From the NCBI GenBank assembly GCA_039812545.1, contig JBDIAR010000001.1:1946-65945 (forward strand): DNA of 64,000 nucleotides. Direction: 5' to 3'. Positions 27,338-37,353 of the stretch are shown piece after piece. The notes under the pieces were generated by a model. The model searched no databases. It saw nothing but the letters and a program-made list of their open reading frames with translations, and was not told the origin of the DNA. The stretch is from Dermatophilaceae bacterium (GTDB lineage Bacteria > Actinomycetota > Actinomycetes > Actinomycetales > Dermatophilaceae). The translations under genes were made by a program, and so were the position numbers. Within the stretch, counting starts at the first letter, position 1. Each line of letters starts with the position of its first letter.

Positions 27338-28495
27338 ATGCCGATCCATCCGTTCCGCTCGACGCTGCGGTCGGCCGCCGGGGCCGCTCTGACCGTGGGC
27401 GCGCTGGCCGCGTGCTCGCTCAGTTCCGGCGGCTCCACGACCTCGACCTCCCCGGCGCCCGCCCCCGGGACGACGAGTTCGTCGGGCACCTCGGGAGGTT
27501 CGGCGCCGGCCGGCGGTAAGGCGTGTCCCGACGGGGGCACCGTCCAGGTCGCGACCCACGACTCGTTCAAGGTGCCCGACGCGGCGCTCGCGGCGTTCAC
27601 CGCCGCGAGCGGCTGCCGGGTGCAGATCCTCAAGAACGGCGACGCCGGTCAGCTGACCACCAAGCTGGTCCTCACCAAGAGCTCGCCGATCGCGGACGCC
27701 GTCTACGGCATCGACAACACCTATGCCGGTCGTGCGGTGTCCGCCGGGCTGCTCACGGCATACACGCCGGCCCTCCTGCCGCCCGGGGCGGCGGATCATG
27801 CGGCCACCGGCGCCGGTGCCGCCGTCCTGACCCCGGTCGACTACGGCGACGTCTGCGTCAACATCGACGACACCTGGTTCGCCGCCAGCCAGATCGCACC
27901 GCCGAAGACCTTCGAGGATCTGACCAAAGCGTCCTACAAGGACCTGTTCGTCACCCCCTCGCCGACCACGTCGAGCCCCGGCATGGCGTTCTTCCTGGCC
28001 ACCGTCGCCACCTACGGTCAGGACGGCTGGACGGAGTACTGGACCAAGCTGAAGGCCAACGGGGTCAAGACCACCTCCGGCTGGTCGGACGCCTACTTCG
28101 TCGACTTCACCCAGGGCGGCGGCAAGGGCACCCGGCCGATCGTCTTGTCGTATGCGTCGTCGCCGCCGTTCACGATCCCCAAGGGCAAGACGAATCCGAC
28201 GACCTCGGCGCTGCTGGACACCTGTTTCCGCCAGACCGAGTATGCCGGTGTCCTCGCCGGGGCCAAGAACGAGGCGGGCGCCAAGGCGTTCGTCGACTTC
28301 CTCCTGACGTCCGCGGTGCAGGAGTCCATCCCGGACAACATGTACATGTACCCGGTGGTCAACACGGTTGCGCTGCCGGCGAGTTGGGCCCGCTGGGCGA
28401 AGCTGCCCCAGGCGCCGCTCAGCGTGGACCCGGACGTCATCGACTCGAAGCGGGACGCCTGGCTCAAGGCGTGGACGGAGCTGATGGGTTCGTGA
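27338..28495 (+). CDS. thiB: Thiamine ABC transporter substrate-binding lipoprotein
   Basis: Lipobox LAAC|S. Periplasmic-binding fold immediately downstream of the TPP riboswitch. Confidence 0.8.
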   Translation: MPIHPFRSTLRSAAGAALTVGALAACSLSSGGSTTSTSPAPAPGTTSSSGTSGGSAPAGGKACPDGGTVQVATHDSFKVPDAALAAFTAASGCRVQILKNGDAGQLTTKLVLTKSSPIADAVYGIDNTYAGRAVSAGLLTAYTPALLPPGAADHAATGAGAAVLTPVDYGDVCVNIDDTWFAASQIAPPKTFEDLTKASYKDLFVTPSPTTSSPGMAFFLATVATYGQDGWTEYWTKLKANGVKTTSGWSDAYFVDFTQGGGKGTRPIVLSYASSPPFTIPKGKTNPTTSALLDTCFRQTEYAGVLAGAKNEAGAKAFVDFLLTSAVQESIPDNMYMYPVVNTVALPASWARWAKLPQAPLSVDPDVIDSKRDAWLKAWTELMGS

Positions 28496-30192
28496 GCGCA
28501 CCGGCCGGGGCGGCGGCGAGGCCGCCGACGCGCCCGGCCGGGCTGCTCGGCCCCCTCGGGATTGCGCTGACCGCCGCAATCCCGTTGGCATTCCTCGGGA
28601 TCTTCTTCGTGTTGCCCGTGGTCGGAATGATCTCGCGTGGCCTGGTCGGCGAATCCGGTGTGGATCTGGGGGGATTCGCGGAGGTGTTCGGTCGCAGCCG
28701 CACCCTGGGGGTCATCCGGTTCACGGTGGGCAGTTCGCTGCTCGCGACCGCGGTGACGGTCGCACTCGGCCTGCCCCTGGCATACACGTTGCATCGCTTG
28801 CGGATTCCCCTGGCGGGCCTCTGGCGCGCCCTGGTCATGATGCCCTTCGTCATGCCGACCGTCGTCGTCGGGGTGATGTTCCGTTCGCTGCTCGCACCCG
28901 GCGGGATGCTCGGCGGCCTCGGTCTGGACGGGTCCTGGGTGGCCATCCTCGCCGCCTTCGTCTTCTTCAATCTCGCGGTCGTCGTGCGGACCGTCGGCGG
29001 CGCCTGGGAGGCTCTCGACCCGCGCACCGAACAGTCCGCGGCGGCGCTGGGCGCCTCGCCGTGGACGGTGTTCCGCACGGTCACGGCACCGGCGCTCGCG
29101 CCGGCCGTCGTCTCGGCGGCCTCGGTGGTGTTCCTGTTCTGTTCCACGGCATTCGGCGTGGTGCTCACGCTCGGCGGGATGAAGTACGGCACGGTCGAGA
29201 CCGAGATCTACCTGCTGACCACCACCCTGCTCGACCTGCGTGGCGCGGCAGCACTGAGCATCGTGCAGTTCGTGGCCGTCGCGGCGATGCTGTGGCTGGC
29301 CGGTCGCGCCCGCGAGCGGGTGGAGGGGCGACGGGTGGGTCGCGGGACCCGGTCGGCGCCTCTGCCTCTGCGTCGCGGTGGCCGGGGGTCCTGGGCGGCG
29401 GTCGGGGTGTCGGTCCTGACGATGGTGTTCATCGCGTTGCCCGTGACGTCGTTGGTGGTCCGGTCGTTCCGCGACGACGGGGGGTGGACGACCGCGAATT
29501 ACGTCGCGCTGACGACATTGTCGAGCGACAACGCGCTGTCCGTCACCGTGTGGCAGGCGCTGTCCACGTCCTGGCGGATCGCGGTCGACGCCGCGCTGCT
29601 GGCCATGGCGCTCGGGCTCGCGGTGAGCGTCGTCGTGACCCGTCGGCCCCGGACGCCGGCCGGTCGACGAGGGCTGGCCGTCCTGGACGGGGCGTTCATG
29701 CTGCCGCTCGGGATCTCCGCTGTGACGGTGGGTTTCGGGTTCCTGGTGACCTTGGACCGGCCGCCGTTGGACCTGCGATCCTCGCCGGTGCTCATCCCCA
29801 TCGCGCAGGCCATGGTCGCGTTGCCGCTCGTCGTGCGGACCGTGGCTCCGGCGCTGCGGGCCATCGACGACCGTCAGCGGCAGGCCGCGGCCGCGCTCGG
29901 GGCGTCCCCCCTGCGGGTGTTGCTGACCGTCGACCTGCCGGTGGTGTGGCGACCCGTGCTGGCGGGTACCGGATTCGCGTTGGCGGTGTCGATGGGCGAG
30001 TTCGGGGCGACGAGCTTCCTTGCCCGACCGGACAACCCGACTCTGCCCGTCGTCGTCTACGGCCTCATCGGCCGACCCGGTGCCGAGAACTTCGGCATGG
30101 CCTTGGCCGCCTCCGTGGTCTTGTCCGCGGTCACCGTCGCCGTCCTCGGGGCCGTCGAACGCCTGCGGGTCGGCCGGTTGGGGGCGTTCTGA
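28492..30192 (+). CDS. thiP: Thiamine/iron-type ABC transporter permease (two fused permease domains)
   Basis: GTG 28492 overlaps the thiB stop (GTGA). About 12 TM with duplicated EAA-like loops (EQSAAALGASPWTVFRTV and RQAAAALGASPLRVLLTV). Confidence 0.8.
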   Translation: MSAPAGAAARPPTRPAGLLGPLGIALTAAIPLAFLGIFFVLPVVGMISRGLVGESGVDLGGFAEVFGRSRTLGVIRFTVGSSLLATAVTVALGLPLAYTLHRLRIPLAGLWRALVMMPFVMPTVVVGVMFRSLLAPGGMLGGLGLDGSWVAILAAFVFFNLAVVVRTVGGAWEALDPRTEQSAAALGASPWTVFRTVTAPALAPAVVSAASVVFLFCSTAFGVVLTLGGMKYGTVETEIYLLTTTLLDLRGAAALSIVQFVAVAAMLWLAGRARERVEGRRVGRGTRSAPLPLRRGGRGSWAAVGVSVLTMVFIALPVTSLVVRSFRDDGGWTTANYVALTTLSSDNALSVTVWQALSTSWRIAVDAALLAMALGLAVSVVVTRRPRTPAGRRGLAVLDGAFMLPLGISAVTVGFGFLVTLDRPPLDLRSSPVLIPIAQAMVALPLVVRTVAPALRAIDDRQRQAAAALGASPLRVLLTVDLPVVWRPVLAGTGFALAVSMGEFGATSFLARPDNPTLPVVVYGLIGRPGAENFGMALAASVVLSAVTVAVLGAVERLRVGRLGAF

Positions 30193-31229
30193 TGGACGGG
30201 CTGCACATCACCGACGCCACCGTCCGATTCGGTGGCACGACGGCGGTCGACCACGTCACCCTCGCGATTCCGGGGGGAACGGTGCTGGCCGTCCTCGGTC
30301 CCTCCGGTTGCGGCAAGTCGACCCTGCTGCGCGCCGTATGCGGGTTGGAGGATCTCTCCTCCGGCAGCGTGTCGTATGACGGTGACGATCTGGCCGCGGT
30401 CCCGACCTATCGGCGGGGGTTCGCGTTGATGTTCCAGGACGGCCAGCTCTTCGCGCATGCCGACGTCGCCGCCAACGTGGCATACGGCATGCGGCGCAAA
30501 GGGATTCGTGGCACGGAACTCGACGGGGAGGTGGAGCGCCTGCTCGAGCTGGTCGGACTCGGCGGGTATGGTCGGCGCCGCCCGGCGACCCTGTCCGGCG
30601 GCGAACAGCAGCGGGTCGCGCTGGCCCGGGCGCTGGCCGCCCGGCCGCGACTCCTGCTCCTGGACGAACCCCTGTCGGCGCTGGACCGCTCGCTGCGGGA
30701 GCGTCTGGCGGCGGACCTGCGGGCGATCCTCGTGGAGACCGGGACCACCGCCATGCTCGTCACCCACGACCACGACGAGGCGTTCACCGTCGCCGACCGG
30801 ATGGCGGTGATGCTGCGCGGCCGGATCGTGCAGGAGGGACCGACGGCGCAGGTCTGGCAGTCGCCCGCCGATCCCGAGGTGGCCGAATTCCTCGGCTACG
30901 ACACGGTTCTGGATCCCGAGGCCGCGGCCCTGCTCGGGTTGTCCCTCCCCGCAGGTGAACGAATCGCCTTGGGGCGCAGCGCGCTCCGCCTCGATCCGGC
31001 GGGACCGATCACGGCCACGGTGGTTCGGGCGGCGGCGGCCCGCGGCGGCATCCACCTGGAGGTCCGCATCCCGGGACTGCCGCAGCTGCCGGCCGTCGGC
31101 GACCTGACCACCCCGCCGTCGCCCGGATCGCAGGTCCGGCTGCGCGTCGACCCCGCCGGCACCGCGGCCCTGGACCCCGCTCAACCCCCGCCCGCCCAAT
31201 CCCCGGTTGGAGGTAAAACCGGCCGCTAG
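30192..31229 (+). CDS. thiQ: ABC transporter ATP-binding protein (thiamine importer)
   Basis: [37 protein letters not shown]. The ATG overlaps the permease stop. Confidence 0.85.
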   Translation: MDGLHITDATVRFGGTTAVDHVTLAIPGGTVLAVLGPSGCGKSTLLRAVCGLEDLSSGSVSYDGDDLAAVPTYRRGFALMFQDGQLFAHADVAANVAYGMRRKGIRGTELDGEVERLLELVGLGGYGRRRPATLSGGEQQRVALARALAARPRLLLLDEPLSALDRSLRERLAADLRAILVETGTTAMLVTHDHDEAFTVADRMAVMLRGRIVQEGPTAQVWQSPADPEVAEFLGYDTVLDPEAAALLGLSLPAGERIALGRSALRLDPAGPITATVVRAAAARGGIHLEVRIPGLPQLPAVGDLTTPPSPGSQVRLRVDPAGTAALDPAQPPPAQSPVGGKTGR

Positions 31230-31253
31230 AAGCGGCCGGGAATACCTCCAACC
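31205..31253. repeat. REP-like palindrome (copy 2) spanning the overlapping stop codons of two convergent genes
   Basis: GGTTGGAGGTAAAACCGGCCGCT, loop AGA, AGCGGCCGGGAATACCTCCAACC. Shares GGAGGTAA..CGG.CGCTA..AGCG.CCG...TACCTCC with 5144-5184. Confidence 0.8.
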
Positions 31254-32455
31254 GCGAGCGGATTGGGCTCCGCCGACGGCTCGTACGCACACGTCGGGTC
31301 GGAGGCCAGCGGGTCGCCGGTCACGGCATACGCATGCGAACGCGACCCCCCGCATACGTCGTGGAACTCGCACACCCCGCACTTGCCGACGAACCCGCCC
31401 GGATCGCGCAACGCCCGCATGATCGGCGCCTCGCGATAGATCGCCGCGAAATCGGTCTCCTTGACGTTGCCCGCCCGATGCGGCAGGAAGCCCGACGGAT
31501 AGACGAAACCCACGTGGTCGACGAACGCGAACCCACGCCCCGAGTTCACGTCGATCGGCGGGCGAGCCGGCCGTTCGTGGACCTCGCGGTCGCCCAGCGC
31601 CGCCACCGTGAGCGCGGTCAGCTCGGCGTGCAGCGGCCCGGTCGGCATGGTCACCCCGTCCTGGGCGGCGGTCGCGCGCTGGATCACGACCCGGCGGAAG
31701 TGCGGCGCCTCCGTCGTCTTGATCGCGATGTGATGCGACATGTCGACGAGCCAGTGGTGGACGTCCTCGATCTCGGCCGGGCTGAGCGCCACGAGTTCCT
31801 CCCCGCGGCCGGTCGGCACGAGGAAGAACACCGACCACAACGCCGCCCCCATGTCGAGGACGTCGGCGAGGACCTGGGGGAGTTCGCGCACGGTGTTCTT
31901 GGTGACGGTGGTGTTGACCTGCAACCGGTACCCGAGTTCCTTGACCAGCGCCGCCGCGCGCACCGTGTCGTCGTACGTCCCCGAAATCCCGCGGAACGCG
32001 TCGTGCGTTTCCGCCTTGGCCCCGTCCAACGACAGCGACACCGCCTTGGCGCCGGCCTCGCGCAGCGCGCCCAGTCGTTCGCGGGTCAGCAGCGGGGTCA
32101 CCGAGGGTGAGAGGGCCACCGACAGCCCGATGGACGACGCGTATGCCGTGAGCTCGATCAGGTCGGCGCGTTCGAACGGATCCCCGCCGGTGAGGACGAC
32201 GATCGGCCGCGGCCTGTCGAACGAGGCGATCGAGTCCAGCAGCGCCCGGCCCTGCGCGGTCGTCAACTGCTGCGGGTTCGGCAGCGGCATCGCCTCGGCC
32301 CGGCAGTGTTTGCACGCCAGCTGGCAGGCCCGGGTCACCTCCCAGATGACGATGAACGGCCGGTCGTGGATGTCGTGATGCAGATGGCGCACGGCGCGTT
32401 CCGGCGCGGTCACCGGCGGCCGGGACGTGCCCGTGCTCGGACCCGAGGTACTCAC
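31226..32455 (-). CDS. Radical SAM/SPASM-domain protein (AhbD/NirJ-like)
   Basis: GTG 32455 overlaps the hemY stop (GTGA). CQLACKHC (CxxxCxxC). C-terminal Cys cluster KCGVCEFHDVCGGSRSHAY...DPTC. Confidence 0.85.
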   Translation of the reverse strand: MSTSGPSTGTSRPPVTAPERAVRHLHHDIHDRPFIVIWEVTRACQLACKHCRAEAMPLPNPQQLTTAQGRALLDSIASFDRPRPIVVLTGGDPFERADLIELTAYASSIGLSVALSPSVTPLLTRERLGALREAGAKAVSLSLDGAKAETHDAFRGISGTYDDTVRAAALVKELGYRLQVNTTVTKNTVRELPQVLADVLDMGAALWSVFFLVPTGRGEELVALSPAEIEDVHHWLVDMSHHIAIKTTEAPHFRRVVIQRATAAQDGVTMPTGPLHAELTALTVAALGDREVHERPARPPIDVNSGRGFAFVDHVGFVYPSGFLPHRAGNVKETDFAAIYREAPIMRALRDPGGFVGKCGVCEFHDVCGGSRSHAYAVTGDPLASDPTCAYEPSAEPNPLAVGGIPGRF

Positions 32456-33912
32456 GGGTGGACTCCTTCGCTGAGGTGGGCGCTGACCGCGGCGGCTGCG
32501 CGGTCGGCTGAACTGACACACGAGGCGATGCCGATCCCGTCGTACCCGGCCCCGGCATACCAGATCCCCGGCAGGACATCACGCACCCGAGCCATGATCG
32601 CCGGATGGCCGACCTCGAGTTGCGCCATGGCCGCCGGCCAGCGCCGGATGAGGACGTCGGCGGGTTCGGCGGTCAGGCCGGTCAGGTCCGCCAGGTCGGC
32701 GCGCACGGCCCGCAGCAGCGCCTCGTCCGTGAGGGCGTCGGCGCTGTCCTGGCGCGCGCGGCCCACCGAGACCCGCACGATCGCGCGCCCGGGCGGGCGC
32801 ACATGGGACCACTTGCTGGACAGGAAGACCGCCGCCTTCAGGGTGCGTCCGGAGTCCGACCGGGTGAGGATGCCGGTGCCCCGGTAGGCCGGGTGCGCGG
32901 CCAGGTCTGTGCTGTCGTATGCCAGGGCGAGCGTGGCGACCGAGGCGTAGGGGATCTGGGCGAGTGCGTCGGCGGCGTCCGGGGCGAGCGGCTCGATCAG
33001 GGGGCCGGCCGCGCGCGCGGGCAGCGCCAGGACCACCGCCGACGCCGCAAGCGTGGTGGCCGCCGCGCCGCCGCAGTCGAGCGTCCAGCCGTCCGGGGCC
33101 CGGCGCAACCCGATGACCGGGCGGCCCGTCAGGACGTGGCCGCCGCCCGCCTCGATCTCCCGACGCAGCCGCTCGACGAGGGTGGACAGGCCGCCCGGCA
33201 ATGAGACGAAGACCGGAGAACCGCCCATCGGCCCAGCGCCACCGCCCGTCGGACCCGCCCCGCCCGGCCGGGGACGTCGTGAGAACCGAGCCAGCACCGA
33301 GGCGGTGAGTAGCGAACGCCGGGCCGCGTCGGCGCCGGCCAACAGCGGTGCGGCGGCGGCCAGCGAGAGGCGCCGCACGTCTCCGGCGTGCAGGCTGCCC
33401 ATCATCGGGTCGACGAACGTCCGGGTCACCGCCGCCCCGAACCGATGGTCGACGAAGTCCGCGACCGAGGCGTCCGGGCCGACCGGGCGCCGCGCCGCCA
33501 GCGGTTCCACGGCGGCGCGCGCCACGGCATACGGGGACAACAGGCCGGCCCGCAGCACCGGCCGCAGGCGGGTCGGGCCGGCGGGGCCCACCCCGGCCGG
33601 GAGTCGGCGCAGTCCGCGAGCCGTGGCCAGCCAGGTACCCCCGGGACCCGCTGGCACCGCCTGGTCGAGCAGCCCGAGGTCGCTCAGCAGGGCGCGCACC
33701 GGGGGAGCGGCCAGGTAGAGCGCCTCGGCGCCGAGTTCGACCGGGACCCCGCCCAGGGTGGCCGTGTCCAGCTGACCGCCCAGCCGCGGTCCGGCCTCCA
33801 CGAGCGTCACCGGGTGTCCCGCGCGCGTCAGCCGGTATGCCGTCACGAGTCCGGCGATGCCTCCGCCCACCACGACGACGCGCGGCGGGGTCGCCGCCGG
33901 GCTGTGGGCCAT
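32452..33912 (-). CDS. hemY: Protoporphyrinogen/coproporphyrinogen III oxidase (HemY/CgoX)
   Basis: MAHSPAATPPRVVVVGGGIAGLVTAYRL (FAD GxGxxG) and YAGAGYDGIGIASCV at the C-terminus. Start chosen at ATG 33912; upstream ATGs exist. Confidence 0.8.
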   Translation of the reverse strand: MAHSPAATPPRVVVVGGGIAGLVTAYRLTRAGHPVTLVEAGPRLGGQLDTATLGGVPVELGAEALYLAAPPVRALLSDLGLLDQAVPAGPGGTWLATARGLRRLPAGVGPAGPTRLRPVLRAGLLSPYAVARAAVEPLAARRPVGPDASVADFVDHRFGAAVTRTFVDPMMGSLHAGDVRRLSLAAAAPLLAGADAARRSLLTASVLARFSRRPRPGGAGPTGGGAGPMGGSPVFVSLPGGLSTLVERLRREIEAGGGHVLTGRPVIGLRRAPDGWTLDCGGAAATTLAASAVVLALPARAAGPLIEPLAPDAADALAQIPYASVATLALAYDSTDLAAHPAYRGTGILTRSDSGRTLKAAVFLSSKWSHVRPPGRAIVRVSVGRARQDSADALTDEALLRAVRADLADLTGLTAEPADVLIRRWPAAMAQLEVGHPAIMARVRDVLPGIWYAGAGYDGIGIASCVSSADRAAAAVSAHLSEGVHP

Positions 33913-34251
33913 CTCACACCCCACGACTTCGGGGTGGGCTCTCTCGGTCGGCGGTGCACCGGCGGCGGCCGGATTGCCGTTGGGGAAGCCACCCATGCCG
34001 TCGGGGAAGGTGCGCTCGGAGACCATGATCGGGCCAGATTACCCGTTGTTACTCGTCGGTATGCCTGGCCTGCGGGGTTCTATGCGACGGCGGTAACCCA
34101 TAGGCTGACGGCAGGACGCGGACGCACGCCTGAGGGCTGCGCCCGCCGTCTACGAGATGTACCGCCACCCGTGCCGAAGAAGGCGCCGGCTGTTCGCCGT
34201 CGTCCGATGGTGCCCGGGTGCACGCGGTGCGCAGACCGCCTAGTGCAAGGG

Positions 34252-35766
34252 ATGAACAGCGTGACTGAGCAACGAGAAATCGGTGTGACTGAGCTCGTCC
34301 TGCGCGACGGCCACCAGTCCCTCATGGCCACCCGGATGGCCATCGAGGACATGGTCGACGCATGTGCAGATATCGACAAGACCGGCTACTGGTCCGTGGA
34401 GTGCTGGGGCGGCGCGACGTACGACGCCTGCATCCGGTTCCTCAACGAGGACCCGTGGGAGCGGTTGCGGACCTTCCGCAAGCTGCTGCCCAACTCGCGC
34501 CTGCAGATGCTGCTGCGCGGCCAGAACCTGCTCGGCTACCGCCACTACGCCGACGACGTCGTCGACCGGTTCGTCGAGAAGGCCGCCGAGAACGGCATGG
34601 ACGTCTTCCGGGTGTTCGACGCCCTCAACGACCCGCGCAACCTCGAGCGCGCGATGGCCGCGGTCGCCAAGAGCGGCAAGCACGCGCAGGGCACGATCTG
34701 CTACACCGTGTCCCCGCTGCACACCGTCGACGGGTACGTCCGCCTGGCCCACCAACTGCGCGACATGGGCGCCCAGTCGCTGGCCCTCAAGGACATGGCG
34801 GCGCTGCTCAAGCCGCAACCGGCATACGACATCATCAAGGCGATCAAGTCCGAGATGCCGGACATGCAGATCAACATCCACTGCCACGCGACGACGGGCG
34901 TCACCCTCGTCTCGCTGATGAAGGGCATCGAAGCCGGCGCCGACGTCGTCGACGGCTCGATCTCCTCGATTTCGATGGGCCCGGGCCACAACCCGACCGA
35001 GTCGATCTACGAAATGCTCGAGGGCACCGGCTTCGTGGCCAACCTCGACAAGGAACTCATGCGGCACACGAAGGACCACTTCGCCAAGATCCGCCCCAAG
35101 TACACCGAGTTCATGTCCGAGGTCACCACCGTCGAGACCGACATCTTCGACAGCCAGATCCCCGGCGGCATGCTCTCCAACATGGAGTCCCAGCTGAAGG
35201 CCCAGGGCGCCGGTGACCGGATGCGCGAGGTGCTCGAGGAGGTCCCGCGGGTGCGTGAGGACAGCGGTTTCCCGCCGCTGGTCACCCCGTCTTCGCAGAT
35301 CGTCGGCACCCAGGCCGTGTTCAACGTGCTGATGGGCAAGTACAAGGTCCTCACCGCCGAGTTCGCCGACCTCATGCTCGGCTACTACGGCACCTGCCTC
35401 GGCGCGATGAACCCCGAGGTCGTCGAGAAGGCCAAGGCCCAGACCGGCAAGGAGCCGATCACCGTCCGCCCGGCCGACACGATCAGCAACGAGTGGGACA
35501 CGCTGCGCGACGAGGCCGCCAAGCTGGACGGCTTCGACGGCACCGACGAGGACGTCCTCACGTATGCCATGTTCCCCAAGGTGGCACCCGGCTTCTTCAA
35601 GGAGCGTCCGAACGGTCCCAAGAACGTCGGTCGCGATCCCGACGAGGTCGCCGCCGAGAAGGCCGCCGCGGCGGGCGACGGCAAGTCCGGCCCGGTGCGT
35701 GGACCGATCAAGTATGCCGTCACCATCGACGGCAAGCAGCACTCCGTCTCCGTCAAGCAGGCCTGA
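34252..35766 (+). CDS. Methylmalonyl-CoA carboxyltransferase 5S subunit (pyruvate carboxyltransferase)
   Basis: ELVLRDGHQSLMATRM, ECWGGATYD, INIHCHATTG. About 500 aa with no biotinyl domain. Lies in an operon with the 12S and 1.3S genes. Confidence 0.9.
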   Translation: MNSVTEQREIGVTELVLRDGHQSLMATRMAIEDMVDACADIDKTGYWSVECWGGATYDACIRFLNEDPWERLRTFRKLLPNSRLQMLLRGQNLLGYRHYADDVVDRFVEKAAENGMDVFRVFDALNDPRNLERAMAAVAKSGKHAQGTICYTVSPLHTVDGYVRLAHQLRDMGAQSLALKDMAALLKPQPAYDIIKAIKSEMPDMQINIHCHATTGVTLVSLMKGIEAGADVVDGSISSISMGPGHNPTESIYEMLEGTGFVANLDKELMRHTKDHFAKIRPKYTEFMSEVTTVETDIFDSQIPGGMLSNMESQLKAQGAGDRMREVLEEVPRVREDSGFPPLVTPSSQIVGTQAVFNVLMGKYKVLTAEFADLMLGYYGTCLGAMNPEVVEKAKAQTGKEPITVRPADTISNEWDTLRDEAAKLDGFDGTDEDVLTYAMFPKVAPGFFKERPNGPKNVGRDPDEVAAEKAAAAGDGKSGPVRGPIKYAVTIDGKQHSVSVKQA

Positions 35767-35782
35767 GAGAGGTAACCCAGCG

Positions 35783-37336
35783 ATGTCCCAGAAGACGATG
35801 AAGGAACTCATCGCCGAGCTCAAGCAGGCCCGCGCCCAGGTGATGGCCGGCGGCGGCGAGAAGCGGATCGAGAAGCAGCACGAGTCGGGCAAGCTCACCG
35901 CCCGCGAGCGGGTCGACGAGCTCTTCGACGAAGACACCTTCGAAGAAACCGGCATGTTCCGCAAGCACCGCCAGACCGCCTTCGGCCTGGACAAGACCGA
36001 CATCCCCGCCGACGGTGTCGTCACCGGCGTCGGCCTGGTCGCCGGCCGCCCGGTGCACGTGGCCAGCCAGGACTTCACCGCCCAGGGCGGCTCGGCCGGC
36101 GAGATCCACTGCACGAAGATGGCCGACTCGATCAAGAAGGCCGTCGCCAACGGCACGCCCGCCGTGCTGATCAACGACTCCGGTGGCGCCCGCATCCAGG
36201 AGGGCGTCGACGCCCTCGCCGGTTACGGCCGAGTGTTCTACGCCAACGTCCTGGCCTCCGGTGTCATCCCGCAGATCGCCATCATCGCCGGCCCCTGCGC
36301 CGGTGGCGCGTCCTACTCCCCGGCCCTGACCGACTTCATCATCCAGACCCGCCAGGCGAACATGTTCATCACGGGTCCGGACGTCATCAAGGCGGTCACC
36401 GGCGAGACGGTCACGGCCGAGGCCCTCGGCGGCCCCGACGCGCACATGTCGAACTCCGGCGTCATCCACTTCGTGGCCGACGACGACCGGCAGGCGTTGC
36501 TCATCGCTAAGAAGCTGCTGAGCTTCCTGCCCTCGAACAACACCGAGGAACCGCCGCTGTCCGACGAGTACCTCGACGTCGAGCCGGACTACAGCCTCAA
36601 CGAAGTCATCCCGGACGACCCGAAGCTGTCGTACGACATGCACAAGGTCATCCACAGCATCGTCGACGCCGGTGACTTCCTCGAGGTCCAGGCCGGCTGG
36701 GCGCGAAACGTGCTGATCGGGTTCGCCCGGATCACCGGCCGCGTGGTGGGCATCATCGCCAGCCAGCCCAGCGTCATCTCCGGTGTGCTGGACATCAACG
36801 CCTCGGACAAGGCCGCCCGGTTCGTGCGGTTCTGCAACGCGTTCAACATCCCGCTCGTCACCCTGGTGGACGTGCCCGGCTTCCTGCCCGGCACCGACCA
36901 GGAGTACGGCGGCATCATCCGGCACGGCGCCAAGCTGCTGTTCGCCTACTCGGCGGCAACGGTCCCGAAGATCACCGTCATGCTGCGCAAGGCATACGGT
37001 GGCGCCTACATCGCGATGTGCAGCCGCGAGCTGGGTGCCGACCGGGTGATCGCCTGGCCGTCCGCGGAAATCGCGGTCATGGGCGCCGAGGGTGCGGCCA
37101 ATATCGTCTTCCGCAAGGAGATCGCGTCCGCCGAGGACCCGGAGGCGAAGCGCAAGGAGATGGTGGACGCCTACCGCGACGCCTTCAACACGCCCTTCGT
37201 CGCGGCCGGTCGCGGCTACGTCGATGACATCATCGAGCCGGCCGAGACCCGCAAGTACGTGGCCCGCGCGCTGGAGATGTTGCTCGACAAGCGCGAGGTG
37301 CGTCCGACCAAGAAGCACGGCAACATCCCGCTGTGA
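35783..37336 (+). CDS. Methylmalonyl-CoA carboxyltransferase 12S subunit (acyl-CoA carboxylase beta family)
   Basis: GKLTARERVDELFD, DSGGARIQEGVDALAGYG, AGPCAGGASYSPALTDF, PGFLPGTDQEYGGIIRHGAKLL. Confidence 0.9.
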   Translation: MSQKTMKELIAELKQARAQVMAGGGEKRIEKQHESGKLTARERVDELFDEDTFEETGMFRKHRQTAFGLDKTDIPADGVVTGVGLVAGRPVHVASQDFTAQGGSAGEIHCTKMADSIKKAVANGTPAVLINDSGGARIQEGVDALAGYGRVFYANVLASGVIPQIAIIAGPCAGGASYSPALTDFIIQTRQANMFITGPDVIKAVTGETVTAEALGGPDAHMSNSGVIHFVADDDRQALLIAKKLLSFLPSNNTEEPPLSDEYLDVEPDYSLNEVIPDDPKLSYDMHKVIHSIVDAGDFLEVQAGWARNVLIGFARITGRVVGIIASQPSVISGVLDINASDKAARFVRFCNAFNIPLVTLVDVPGFLPGTDQEYGGIIRHGAKLLFAYSAATVPKITVMLRKAYGGAYIAMCSRELGADRVIAWPSAEIAVMGAEGAANIVFRKEIASAEDPEAKRKEMVDAYRDAFNTPFVAAGRGYVDDIIEPAETRKYVARALEMLLDKREVRPTKKHGNIPL

Positions 37337-37353
37337 CGGGGGAGGAGACCAGC

